Source: Thermoproteota archaeon (GTDB taxonomy: Archaea > Korarchaeota > Korarchaeia > Korarchaeales > Korarchaeaceae). From it: a stretch of DNA of 64,000 nt. The stretch spans positions 32,001 through 96,000 of the forward strand of contig JAOZFN010000014.1 in NCBI GenBank assembly GCA_027492205.1, written 5' to 3'. A program made the translations under genes and the position numbers. The notes under the pieces are model-generated. The model was not told the DNA's origin and did no database searches. It saw only the letters and a program-made list of their open reading frames with translations. Shown here in pieces: positions 20,165 to 29,487 of the stretch (positions within the stretch are counted from its first letter, which is position 1; each line of letters starts with the position of its first letter).

Positions 20165-22297
20165 TCAATTCGGTCCCCCGGGAGTAGCCGCCCTGAACCG
20201 CCAGGTGTCGGATCCGTCCGGAACCCTCTGCCAGGTGCGGCCGTCATCCCGAGTGTCCCTCATCAGTATGGTGAAGTCGACGAGCTTCCCCCTGCTGTCT
20301 ATAAGCTGGACGCACTCATTTCTGTTGTCCAGCCACCTGCCAGAGGGGAGGAAGACGTAGTACGGCTGCCACGGCCAGATTATCGCGAACGGAATCTCCC
20401 GCTCCGCCGGCTCTCCGTGGAGCGCCACGACCCTCCACCCCCGGATGATGACCGGGTACCAGTTTGGATTGTACAGCTCCACCCACTCACCGTCCGCGTC
20501 CCCCCCTTCTGGGTTGAGCTCCACCTCGTTCACGTACACCAGGTGACTCGGCCTCTGCACGACGGCGTACATCCTCCACGCCGCGGTCCCCGACTCTGTG
20601 TCTCCGTCGGTGAAGTGTATCAGGAGGGCCCCCTCGTGAGTCCCGGGGGACGCCGAACCGGCCTCTATCCTGAACGTCACGGCGGCATATCCTCCCGGGG
20701 CTATGGTGGCCTCTCCCACCTTTCCGGCATCCCTCCTCCAGACGAGGGTACCGCCCACCCTCACCTTGTAGATCAGGTCGACCATCTCGCCTGTCGGCTC
20801 GGCCCAGACGTACTGGGTCTCGTCGTCGTAATTCACAAGAACCACTATTCCGTTCCTCACGCTGACCTCGCCCTGTCCAACTATCCCGAGGTCGATTAGT
20901 ATCTGACCGTCGGTGACGTTGCTCCAGTACCGGTCGCCCGTGGCCACGTTGGCCCCCCCTGGGAGGACTATTGAGACCCGCCCTGAGAGTCCCCAGACGC
21001 CATACTCGCTCGCGCTCGCGTACCCTGAGGAGGCCAGCAGTGAGAGGGCGACCAGAGCGACCGCCGCTAGCTTCACTTCCCCCGCCAGCCTCAGCTCCGA
21101 CCTGACCCTGGGATGAGCCCGCCTCCCAGTCATCTCCTCGAGATCTCTCACTATCTCTGCGAGAGTTATCACCTCTTCGTCGCTGAGCCTTCCCCTCGCC
21201 GCCGCAAATCGCCTGGGCAGCTCCTCAAGCATCTGCTCCAGGACGTCTCCCTTTTCCCTGTAGAGGAGCAAGAAGACAACGGGAAGAGCGGAGATAAGTG
21301 CTACGACTAGCGAGTTACCAAAGATTATTCCCGCGAGGGGGTCTAGGTGGGAGAGTCTCTCGAGGGTCGAGTCCGGCAGGATCATGCCGAAGGTGACGCT
21401 CCATATGTGGATCTTCCCACCGAGTTTGACCACACCCTCACTCTGAGGGGCCAGAACGGGCACCCTGAGTTCCACCCTCCCCCCGGCCGGGACGCTGACC
21501 ACCCGCGCGGGCAGCTCTACCATATCCCAAAGCTCTCCCTCCGGGCTCAGTACGGCGGTCGTCGGAAGCATTCCGTCGTTTTCTACCGTTATAGTGAGGT
21601 TCGCCGACCCGCCCGGGGGAAGCGCCACGCTGGTGCCCATCCCCACGGACTCTCTGAGCCTCGGATCCACAATAACCGTGAACCCGACGACGTCGCTGTT
21701 CATCACCCCGAGGATCCCCATCATGACCATCGCCACGAGGACTGCCATCAGCACGCCCGCACGGCCTCCCCTCTCCTTCCTCTCGAGGATTGAGGGTCCG
21801 ATCAGCAGTCCCATGACCACAGCGGATGTCGCGAACAGGCCCGCCGGGTTCGTGAGCACAGACCTCAGCCCGGGACCCAGGTAGATGGCCAGGTAGCCCA
21901 CCCTAGGTACCTTGATCGGCCGACCGCCGAGCGAAAGGGCCCTCCCCCTGACCTGAGAGATGGGGGTGTACTCCACTCCGCATGCCTCCTGATCCGTCAG
22001 CTCGTTCGCATCGCCCTTCGTTACGATACCCTGGTGCGTCACTTCGACGACCCTGTGGAGGACCTCGTACCCGTTGCAGATCCTGACAAGCACTATGTCC
22101 CCCACCTCGACGCCCTTAATGGGCCAGACCACCACCAGGTCTCCCCTCTGAAGGGTGGGCCTCATGGACCCCGAGGTAACGACGCGGAGGGGGTACGGAA
22201 CGCCCAGGAAGGTGGAGGCGATGAAAAACAGAGAGAGGGCGAGCGCGCTCAGGAGGGCCGCATCAGCAGCCACCCTCAGAGCGCGCCGCCAGGTCAT
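20165..22297 (-). CDS. S26B/SipW-type signal peptidase I fused to an Ig domain, internal signal peptide, fibre-subunit paralog and lamin-tail domain
   Basis: VTSGSMRPTL.RGD, VLHRV, TKGDAN and VPRVGY motifs; internal VKLAAVALVALSLLASSGYASA; C-terminal LTD motif YVNEVELNP.G.D..GEWVELYNP. Confidence 0.88.
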   Translation of the reverse strand: MTWRRALRVAADAALLSALALSLFFIASTFLGVPYPLRVVTSGSMRPTLQRGDLVVVWPIKGVEVGDIVLVRICNGYEVLHRVVEVTHQGIVTKGDANELTDQEACGVEYTPISQVRGRALSLGGRPIKVPRVGYLAIYLGPGLRSVLTNPAGLFATSAVVMGLLIGPSILERKERGGRAGVLMAVLVAMVMMGILGVMNSDVVGFTVIVDPRLRESVGMGTSVALPPGGSANLTITVENDGMLPTTAVLSPEGELWDMVELPARVVSVPAGGRVELRVPVLAPQSEGVVKLGGKIHIWSVTFGMILPDSTLERLSHLDPLAGIIFGNSLVVALISALPVVFLLLYREKGDVLEQMLEELPRRFAAARGRLSDEEVITLAEIVRDLEEMTGRRAHPRVRSELRLAGEVKLAAVALVALSLLASSGYASASEYGVWGLSGRVSIVLPGGANVATGDRYWSNVTDGQILIDLGIVGQGEVSVRNGIVVLVNYDDETQYVWAEPTGEMVDLIYKVRVGGTLVWRRDAGKVGEATIAPGGYAAVTFRIEAGSASPGTHEGALLIHFTDGDTESGTAAWRMYAVVQRPSHLVYVNEVELNPEGGDADGEWVELYNPNWYPVIIRGWRVVALHGEPAEREIPFAIIWPWQPYYVFLPSGRWLDNRNECVQLIDSRGKLVDFTILMRDTRDDGRTWQRVPDGSDTWRFRAATPGGPN

Positions 22298-22331
22298 GAT
22301 GCCCCTCTAGCTAGACCAGCTGGCGACTAGA

Positions 22332-22898
22332 TTAACTCTCCGGACTGCCGGGGCTGGACGGGGTGCCGCTCGCGCCCTGCTCCATGCCCTGCATCTGTAC
22401 CGTGAACGCCTGGTCGGATCCCAGCGGGGCCGTCGGGCCTATGCTCAGCATCACCCCGACGGTACCAGTCTCATCGCTGTCAAGTGTGAGCGGGTCGCTC
22501 TGGGTTATCTGGGTCCACGAGCTCCCGGTCCACTTGTAGAACGTCAGGCTCACCCCGCTGGGGAGCCCACTCGTCTCGAACCAGAAGACCCACGTCTCGT
22601 CGTCGTAGTTGGTCACGTTGAAGGCAGCCATGGCCTTGAAGGTCATCCCCCTCGCCCAGGGACCGAAGTCGCACTCGATCATGCTGGAAGAGTTGACGTA
22701 GCAGACGTTGTGGGCCGAGGCGCCGGGGCCTTTCACCGTGTCCAGGCCGGGTATTATCGCAATGTTGGCGCTCTGCGGGGCTACTATGCTGACCCTGGCC
22801 CCGATGCCCGCCTGCATGTACTCGTAGGCCCTGACTCCCACCGAGAGCGTTAGCATCAGGAAGGTGAGGGCCAGCGCGGCCCTTCTCCAGTTGGCCAT
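22332..22898 (-). CDS. Secreted putative fibre/pilus subunit (TasA/DUF1102-like; likely substrate of the adjacent peptidase)
   Basis: Signal peptide MANWRRAALALTFLMLTLSVGVRA, beta-rich mature domain, clear paralogy to the domain inside 20165-22297. The ORF-track extension to 23090 is AT-rich promoter DNA. Confidence 0.7.
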   Translation of the reverse strand: MANWRRAALALTFLMLTLSVGVRAYEYMQAGIGARVSIVAPQSANIAIIPGLDTVKGPGASAHNVCYVNSSSMIECDFGPWARGMTFKAMAAFNVTNYDDETWVFWFETSGLPSGVSLTFYKWTGSSWTQITQSDPLTLDSDETGTVGVMLSIGPTAPLGSDQAFTVQMQGMEQGASGTPSSPGSPES

Positions 22899-22899
22899 G

Positions 22900-23408
22900 G
22901 CCAACACCGCTATACTGTTTAGCCCACCTCCTCTATTAATGTTGGCACCTCTGCTTCTATTGCAAGCAATTGACTTGAAATTCATGCGATATACCGGGCA
23001 TTCTCCCCCATGGAGATATGTTTGAACAATATCTTTAATTTCCTCCGATTGATTTTCATTTTCTCTCATATTAATCAAAACATCTTTCATAAATTGGGTA
23101 TTAAAGTTTACTGCGTGCGGATCTGCAGGAGGCGAAGCTCAGGAGTGAGAAGAGTTACGGAGGTTCGCTTCCCAACTCGGGGAGCCTTGGAAATCGCCTC
23201 AGCCTGTACGTCTTCTCTATCCTGGGCTCTGACCGATCCCCTCTCGCCAAGAATCTCAGATAGGGACTTCAACTCGGTGTAGGAGGAGAAGAGGGCGCGG
23301 GAAAACGTGGTGGAGAATCGTTCAAAGGACTAGACCTCTCATACCCTTCCTCTCGGGCGAGTACGGCAGAGGTAATTAAAATACCGAATGTGTGCTTAAG
23401 AGTTTAAG
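22900..23408. promoter_or_regulatory. Divergent promoter region with inverted repeats
   Basis: AT-rich 22930-23110; ATTGC-AA-GCAAT at 22959-22970; imperfect AGATATGTT-TG-AACAATATCT at 23014-23034; GGTA-N7-TACC near 23371-23385. Confidence 0.55.
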
Positions 23409-25274
23409 ATGAGGCCCACTGGGCGGGCGGCGGACAGGGTGGTGATCCGCCGCCCCATCGTCTTTCTCCTCCTCTCAGGGCTGATGCTCCCAAACGCTCT
23501 CGCGGCCGCCGGAGGTCCACACTCTGGCCGAGTTGTGGTCGGCTGGCGACCCAGAAAGCTCCTCTTCTATTACGGATACCCCAGTCTGTTCAACGGGGCC
23601 GGCGGGAATCTGGAGCGGGCTGCCGCCCAGTTCGACCGCTACGACATCGTGGTCCTAGGGGCCGGCCTCGAGGACCCGGCCCACCCCCAGCACCAGGCCG
23701 CTTCAGCGGTCATAGGACTGAGCGAGGCGCAGTTCTATGGGTACGTCCCGCTTACGCTGCCGATCGGAGAAGTCTGCGAGAGGATAGACGAGTGGGCCGA
23801 CATGGGGGTCGCGGGGGTGTTCCTCGACGAGGGCGGGTACGACTACCTTGCGCCGAGGCTGGGGGGCATCCTGCGGGCCAGGATGCACCAGGTCGAGGCC
23901 GTCCGGTGTGCCAGGGAAAGGGGGCTGGCGGAGGCCCTGAACGCCTGGAACCCCGCAGACGTGCTCGCGTCCTCCCACGGGGAGCCCCCCCTACCGCTCG
24001 GGGAGGGAGACGCGGTGCTGATCGAGAGCTTCGTCTACGGCGCGGGGGAGACTAGGGAGGAGTACCTCTGGCACGTCGACGAGTACGCCCGAATGAAGGT
24101 GAGTGGAGGCCCGGAGTACTGGTGCCTCGTCACCACGGGGGCGGCGAGCGAGCACGAGAACCGACTGGTGGGGTACGACGCCCTGACCTACGCTGGAGAG
24201 ATCTGCGACGCCGTGGCAGTTCAGGAGGACCTTGGGGAGGACTCTACAGTGTTCTACGCGTTCGCCGAGCGGGAGGGAGCGCCCGGATGGCGGAGGATCA
24301 GGGGAATGACGCTGGCCGCCTACTGGGTCGGCGACTTCGACAATCGGACCGAGCTAAGGATCGTGCTGGAGAGGGTCAGGGGCATGTGCCTGAACACGAT
24401 AGCGATTTCTCCCTACTGGGCCACTCCCAACCTGCGATCGACCGAGATAAGGCCGACGGAAGTCACCGTGAGCGACGACGACCTTCGGGCCCTCATCAGG
24501 ATGGCGAAGTCCCTCGGGTTCCGGGTCATGCTGAAGCCCTCCCTGATAGTCGAGACGGGCGAGTGGTTCGCCCTCCTTGATCCGGTGGACAGGGACGCTT
24601 GGTTCGAGTCCTACAGGAGGTTCCTGCTCCACTACGCCGAGATCGCCCAGGAAGAGGGCGTCGAGTATCTGGTGGTGGAGGTGGAGCTCAGCTCGATGGT
24701 CTCAGACGAGAGGTGGTTCGGGCTCATCGACGAGGTTCGGGCCGCGTACTCCGGCCTCATAGGGTACGCCCAGCCGCAGGGTGGGGAGTTCAACCCCCAG
24801 GAGGCCCTGCCCGTGTTCGCGGAGGGGGTCGACTTTATCGGGATAGACGCCTACTACCCCCTGCCCTCGGGGAACCTCTCCGAGATCGCGGGGGCCTGGA
24901 GGGAGATTCACCTGAGGAGGATAGAGCCGCTCGGGCTCCTGTTCGGGAAGCCCGTGGTGTTCACCGAGATAGGCTACAGGAGCGTGGTCGGGGCCGCAGA
25001 TGCCCCGTGGGACTGGCGGTCCGACCTGCCGATGAGCGAGGAGGAGCAGGCCCTCCTCTGGAGGGCCTTCCTGGTGGCCGAGGAGCCGCTCGTAGACGGG
25101 TTCGTCTACTGGGCCGAGACGAGCGGCGAGTGGGACCCGTCTACCGACAAGGGATACTCGATCCTCTACAAGGAGGCTGAGCTGGTTGTGAGGGGGGCGG
25201 CGTGCGGGGGACAGAGACCTCGAGGCAGACCGAGTGTGTACAAATCGAGGTCTTTCGGGTTGTTCCCGCTCTAG
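23409..25274 (+). CDS. Secreted two-domain glycoside hydrolase: spherulin-4/GH114-like TIM barrel plus GH113-like TIM barrel
   Basis: Signal peptide; FYGYV...W..MGV.GVFLDEGGYD; second barrel with GFRVMLKP, WFESY, VEL, FIGIDAYYPL and KPVVFTEIGYRS. Confidence 0.8.
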   Translation: MRPTGRAADRVVIRRPIVFLLLSGLMLPNALAAAGGPHSGRVVVGWRPRKLLFYYGYPSLFNGAGGNLERAAAQFDRYDIVVLGAGLEDPAHPQHQAASAVIGLSEAQFYGYVPLTLPIGEVCERIDEWADMGVAGVFLDEGGYDYLAPRLGGILRARMHQVEAVRCARERGLAEALNAWNPADVLASSHGEPPLPLGEGDAVLIESFVYGAGETREEYLWHVDEYARMKVSGGPEYWCLVTTGAASEHENRLVGYDALTYAGEICDAVAVQEDLGEDSTVFYAFAEREGAPGWRRIRGMTLAAYWVGDFDNRTELRIVLERVRGMCLNTIAISPYWATPNLRSTEIRPTEVTVSDDDLRALIRMAKSLGFRVMLKPSLIVETGEWFALLDPVDRDAWFESYRRFLLHYAEIAQEEGVEYLVVEVELSSMVSDERWFGLIDEVRAAYSGLIGYAQPQGGEFNPQEALPVFAEGVDFIGIDAYYPLPSGNLSEIAGAWREIHLRRIEPLGLLFGKPVVFTEIGYRSVVGAADAPWDWRSDLPMSEEEQALLWRAFLVAEEPLVDGFVYWAETSGEWDPSTDKGYSILYKEAELVVRGAACGGQRPRGRPSVYKSRSFGLFPL

Positions 25275-25332
25275 GCCCAATCTCAAGCCTGGTCCCGGTG
25301 GATCGGCCGCCGGAGAATCAGGGGGGCCTTCC

Positions 25333-26700
25333 TCACGGCCTCCATCCAACGACCTCCCTAGACAAGAATCTGAGGAGAGACTCCAGCTTGAGATATGAGA
25401 GCCACAGGGAGTAGGCAACGTGGTAGGGAACGGTCCAGGGAATGAGATCCGCCCTCCCCTTCGACGCCAGAACCGTCGACGTCACGATGATCCCCGGGAC
25501 GTGCTGGAGCGGTAGGAAGGCGAGGAAGGCCAGAGATATCACCTTGAGCGGCACGGATCCCAGGAGCAGACCGACTCCGGTGAGCCTCGAGATCAGGAGG
25601 GCGAGCGGCACGGCCACGTATCCCAACACGCCCAGCGAAGGGAGTAGATACTCGACCAGGATCAGGTACGCGAAGAGGGCGACTCCCACGGCCCCCCGCC
25701 TCAGGCTGAGTATCATCTCCGGGTACTTGGAGAGGACCTGCAGCCCCCCGACGAACCACCTCACCCTCTGGGACCTCAGCTCCCGAGCGCTCCTCACCGG
25801 CTTGGTCCAGGCGACGGCCTGGGGCGCGTAAACCACCCTGTAACCCCTCCTCCAGGTCGAAAGGGACACGTCAAAGTCCTCCGCAACGGTGTCAGGTGGA
25901 ATCAGACCCATCTCCCTCAGTAGGGACCCCTTGTAGATCCCCATGGCCCCCGGGGTTATGAGCACCCACCCCATGTAGTCCTGGACCGTCTTCCCGAGCC
26001 AGTAGGAGGCGGCGTACTCTATCTCCTGCATCCTCTGCAGGAAGGAGGGCCTGATCGACGGGGCCACCCTCACGTCCCCGGAGGCGGCGCCCACGTCCTC
26101 AGCTCGGAGGGCGTCAACGGCCGCCCGGGCCGCCCACCTGGACAGCACGGTGTCCGCGTCCGTGGTTATTATCACCTCCCCCCTGGCCGATGCTATGCCC
26201 AGGGTCAGGGCCTCCGCCTTTCCCCTGTTCTCGGGGTTGACCAGAACCCTGGCCCCAGCGGCGCGAGCGACTTCGGCCGTTGAGTCCGTGGATCCGTCGT
26301 CCACCACTATGACCTCCAGCCTGTCTTGGGGGTAGTCCTGCCTGAGCGCGCCCTTGACGGCCAAACCGACGGAGAGTTCCTCGTTGTAGGCGGGGATGAC
26401 CACCGACAGGCTCGGCGGGTCTCCCCCGTCTTGGATCACGTCGGTGGGGCGGGACCTCACGGCTGCAAGCCAGACCAAGAACAGGAATAGGTAGACGGAG
26501 ACCAGGAACGCCCCGAGGAGGAGGAACAGGGAGATCACCACAAGGCGTACCTGGTCTGGAGGGGCATCCGGGTAGACCAGGGAGACCAGCCACGGGATGG
26601 CCCTGGTCAGGAACACCCCGTGGGCGGCGGTCCCCCCCACGCTGCCCGCGAGGGCAACCGCGTAGACTGCCCTCCTCCTCCAGCGCCCACCAGAGCTCAA
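25333..26700 (-). CDS. Processive GT2 glycosyltransferase (PgaC/IcaA/cellulose-synthase-like)
   Basis: IPAYNEE, DDGSTD, GKA.AL, DADT, AEDFD and QRVRW motifs (D,D,D,QxxRW), with N- and C-terminal TM helices. Confidence 0.92.
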   Translation of the reverse strand: MSSGGRWRRRAVYAVALAGSVGGTAAHGVFLTRAIPWLVSLVYPDAPPDQVRLVVISLFLLLGAFLVSVYLFLFLVWLAAVRSRPTDVIQDGGDPPSLSVVIPAYNEELSVGLAVKGALRQDYPQDRLEVIVVDDGSTDSTAEVARAAGARVLVNPENRGKAEALTLGIASARGEVIITTDADTVLSRWAARAAVDALRAEDVGAASGDVRVAPSIRPSFLQRMQEIEYAASYWLGKTVQDYMGWVLITPGAMGIYKGSLLREMGLIPPDTVAEDFDVSLSTWRRGYRVVYAPQAVAWTKPVRSARELRSQRVRWFVGGLQVLSKYPEMILSLRRGAVGVALFAYLILVEYLLPSLGVLGYVAVPLALLISRLTGVGLLLGSVPLKVISLAFLAFLPLQHVPGIIVTSTVLASKGRADLIPWTVPYHVAYSLWLSYLKLESLLRFLSREVVGWRP

Positions 26701-28139
26701 AGGGCGGTCCCTCCGACGGCCCTCCTAAGGGCGTCGCTCGGGTACAGCTCGGTCAGGCCCCCGACATCCGCGGCGGCGACCGCCCCTATGTCTACCAGCC
26801 ACCTAACCAGCCTGACCACCCTCTCGAGCGGAGCCCCCATCTCCACGGCAATCTCCTCCGGCGTGAGCCCCGGCCTCTCAGAGATGAGGGTCAGCACCCT
26901 CCAGGTGAGCGGGTCGGCGGCCAGGCTCATGGCCAGGACCAGCTCCCTGTCCCTGGGGTGGAACCAGAGCCTCCCGACCCCCCTGACCACCGCCGAGTCG
27001 ATCAGCCCGCAGGCCTCCATGGCTGCCAGCCTGACCTTCGTGGGAATCCTGCACCCCTCACACTCCGCCTCCAGCTCGGGGAGAGACCTCCCAGGGGCGT
27101 CGAGGATCAGGGAATACAGCTTTCCACTGGACCTGTCGGCCCTGAGCACCTTCCTCAAGATGGGCCTCAGGGGCATCAGGGCTGCCACGCCCGCGGCGTA
27201 GGGCGCGTAGCCGACCAGCGTCGCGCCCAACAGGGCCGCGTAGGATAGGCTGGCGAACCACGCCACCCCCCTGGGAGTCGCGATGGACGCCGCCGCGGAC
27301 CTCACCAACGCCGCCGCCCTGTCCCACGCTGGCGGGGGTCTGGGCACCACGCCCTCCTCGGCCGCCGAGAGAGCGCGACCGACCAGCTCCAGGATCCCCC
27401 CGGATTTGACCTTCGACTCCACGACCGGGACCACCGGGTTGAAGGCCAGCGTGAGCACCGCGCCCCCGCCAGAGCGGCAGGCGACGATGGCGGGTGAGCC
27501 GTCCGCTTCTGACGTGGCGAGGACCGAGCAGTTGGAGGATGGTCTCAGGTTCGCCCACCACAGGGAGGGGTCGTAGCTCGCCGTCACCGACCCCCCTACC
27601 TCGTGGATAGTCACAGTCCCGGTGCCGGTGTTCAGCGAGGTGAGCTCAACTCCGGTCAGCTCCTCGAGAGGGGGAGACCAGCTCTGCGAGTAGGTGTTTA
27701 GGCCCACCAGCAGGACCCTCCCCTCGCCCACCACCCGGCCGAGGGCTCGAATCTCCTCCTCGGTGATTGCCCCGCCCTCGGTCCAGGGGACGTTCAGGTC
27801 TGGGATCCAGATTTCGGAGAAGCCTCTCAGGAACCAGGTGTCAGACAGCCTCTCCCTCTCTTCGTCCGCCCCCGAGTACTCAGAGCCGAGGTAGAGGACC
27901 TCAACCCTGATCTCGCGACCCTCTGCCTCAGACAGCGAGCCGGCCAGCTCCTTCCCGAACCTGACGTCCTCGACGTCTGAGGCTACCAGGAGGACGCTGG
28001 GGGGAGGGGTCTGCCCACCCCTGGTCTCACTTCCCCCCTGGACCGCAGAGCCGGGGAGAAGCGCGCCCGCGACCAGGAGCACGGAGGCGGAGAGGGCGAT
28101 AAGCAGAAGAGGCCGAGGGGCTGACTGGGATCTGGACAA
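26697..28139 (-). CDS. Membrane protein with extracellular GATase1-like domain and C-terminal winged-HTH domains
   Basis: Signal peptide, PAIVACRSGGGAVLTLAFNP, TM helix, then LTLISERPGLTPEEIA...VRWLVDIGAV. Confidence 0.75.
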   Translation of the reverse strand: MSRSQSAPRPLLLIALSASVLLVAGALLPGSAVQGGSETRGGQTPPPSVLLVASDVEDVRFGKELAGSLSEAEGREIRVEVLYLGSEYSGADEERERLSDTWFLRGFSEIWIPDLNVPWTEGGAITEEEIRALGRVVGEGRVLLVGLNTYSQSWSPPLEELTGVELTSLNTGTGTVTIHEVGGSVTASYDPSLWWANLRPSSNCSVLATSEADGSPAIVACRSGGGAVLTLAFNPVVPVVESKVKSGGILELVGRALSAAEEGVVPRPPPAWDRAAALVRSAAASIATPRGVAWFASLSYAALLGATLVGYAPYAAGVAALMPLRPILRKVLRADRSSGKLYSLILDAPGRSLPELEAECEGCRIPTKVRLAAMEACGLIDSAVVRGVGRLWFHPRDRELVLAMSLAADPLTWRVLTLISERPGLTPEEIAVEMGAPLERVVRLVRWLVDIGAVAAADVGGLTELYPSDALRRAVGGTAL

Positions 28140-28210
28140 CTGAAAGCACCTCCCACAGGCTTCAGCCCCTCCCTCGCCCTCTTGAGGCAGGATGGAGCGA
28201 AGGAGGCGGC

Positions 28211-28903
28211 TCAGCGCTGGTCAGCCGCCTCCAGCCTCCTCCAGCCCAGTGGGGCCAAAATCAGTCCCAGGACGGCAGCCACGAACAGGGGGACCTCCGG
28301 AACCTCCTGCCCGTCTATCTTCACGCTATTCGCCGTTCCGTCGGAAGCAATCACTCCGTTCCCCGGGTACAGCCTGTCCCACTTGATCGCGAACTGCTCA
28401 ACGTAGGTGACGGAGATCTCGTCGCCCTCCTTGAGGCTCCCGTCTTCGGTGCTCCAGGTATAACCGTCGACCGTCAGCGTGGTGGCACCCCCCACCACAA
28501 CCTTGACGTTGTAGCTGTGCTCGACCCCACTACCGGTGCAATCGACGTCGAGGTAGCCACTCACCTCCTTCCCGCCGTTGACGCTCACCGACCCGTAGGC
28601 GCCTCCCTCCACGTGCAGCGCGCCCTGACTACCCGAGATGTACCCGTCCTTCCCCACCCGCTCAACCGTCACTGTCACGGAGTCCCCGGGGTTCACCTCC
28701 ACGGGCTTCCCGCTCACCTTTATGGTGCAACTCCCCGCCTTCTCGATTGTGGTCTTTCCTGTCACGAAGTATTTGTTGGATGGCTTCATGGCTTCGAGCC
28801 GGGCGCTGTACGTCTGCGCCTCTGCCATGGCCAGGGAGCCCACCAGCGCCGCCAGCACCAGCAGGGCCAGGCTCCTCCGGACGGACTTACCCAACCTCAT
28901 CAC
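28211..28903 (-). CDS. Surface protein with PEF/VPXXXP-CTERM-like sorting signal (VPEVP)
   Basis: Signal peptide, beta-rich body, C-terminal EVPEVP + TM + WRR; directly downstream of the archaeosortase gene. Confidence 0.8.
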   Translation of the reverse strand: MMRLGKSVRRSLALLVLAALVGSLAMAEAQTYSARLEAMKPSNKYFVTGKTTIEKAGSCTIKVSGKPVEVNPGDSVTVTVERVGKDGYISGSQGALHVEGGAYGSVSVNGGKEVSGYLDVDCTGSGVEHSYNVKVVVGGATTLTVDGYTWSTEDGSLKEGDEISVTYVEQFAIKWDRLYPGNGVIASDGTANSVKIDGQEVPEVPLFVAAVLGLILAPLGWRRLEAADQR

Positions 28904-29487
28904 CCCTCATCACCTCCACCAGGCTCTCGGGGCCGTCCATTAAAAGGAGTCTGGCGCGCGGCGCTAACGGTCCCCCCGGTCGGCCCCCTCGCGGGGAGGA
29001 CGTCTCGGAGCCAGAGCCCCCACATGGTGATCGCGACGACGAGCAGGAGCGCCCCGCCGACGACCCTGTGGGCCAGCCCCACCGCCACCTCCCCGAACGC
29101 CTTGTAGGCCAGCAGGGTGGCGGCGAGCCTCGCCAGGTTGGCCAGGTACAGGGCGGCGAGGCCCTCCGCAACCCCCCAGGCCTTGGCCCTCCACCCGACC
29201 CCGGGGGCGGGCGCGATGAGCGAGGCGTAGAGGGTCATGGACATGGCGCCCGAGCACTCAGCCGTTATGACTATGGACGGCCCCCCTCGCAGGGTCACGA
29301 TCCCGGGACCCGTGACGGCGGACCCCACCCCGACCAGGGAGAGCAGCCAGGCCGTGTGTTTCGCCTCCACGAGCAGTATCGCGTCAGAGGACCTCCAGAA
29401 GGCCAGTGTCAAGCCGGCCATGGCGACGCAGAAGCCGGCGACGTATCTCAGGACGAGCCGTCCGCCCCCTGCCTGCCGAGCAGCCAG
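28900..29487 (-). CDS. Archaeosortase/exosortase family protein
   Basis: ITAECSG (Cys), ANLARL (Arg) and AH (His) with multi-TM topology. Probable CTG start at 29487 after GGAGGTGA restores the first TM helix; the ORF track starts at 29421. Confidence 0.88.
   Translation of the reverse strand: MAARQAGGGRLVLRYVAGFCVAMAGLTLAFWRSSDAILLVEAKHTAWLLSLVGVGSAVTGPGIVTLRGGPSIVITAECSGAMSMTLYASLIAPAPGVGWRAKAWGVAEGLAALYLANLARLAATLLAYKAFGEVAVGLAHRVVGGALLLVVAITMWGLWLRDVLPARGPTGGTVSAARQTPFNGRPREPGGGDEG

Noticed and set aside
18758-20899. 713-aa plus-strand ORF, and similar long ORFs such as 31565-33721 and 32268-33626
   Set aside because: Shadow frames of real genes caused by high GC content; R/P/G-rich with no recognisable motifs.
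28895-28915. Repeated GTGATGA on the minus strand (box C-like)
   Set aside because: Explained by the RBS and overlapping stop/start codons at a gene junction.
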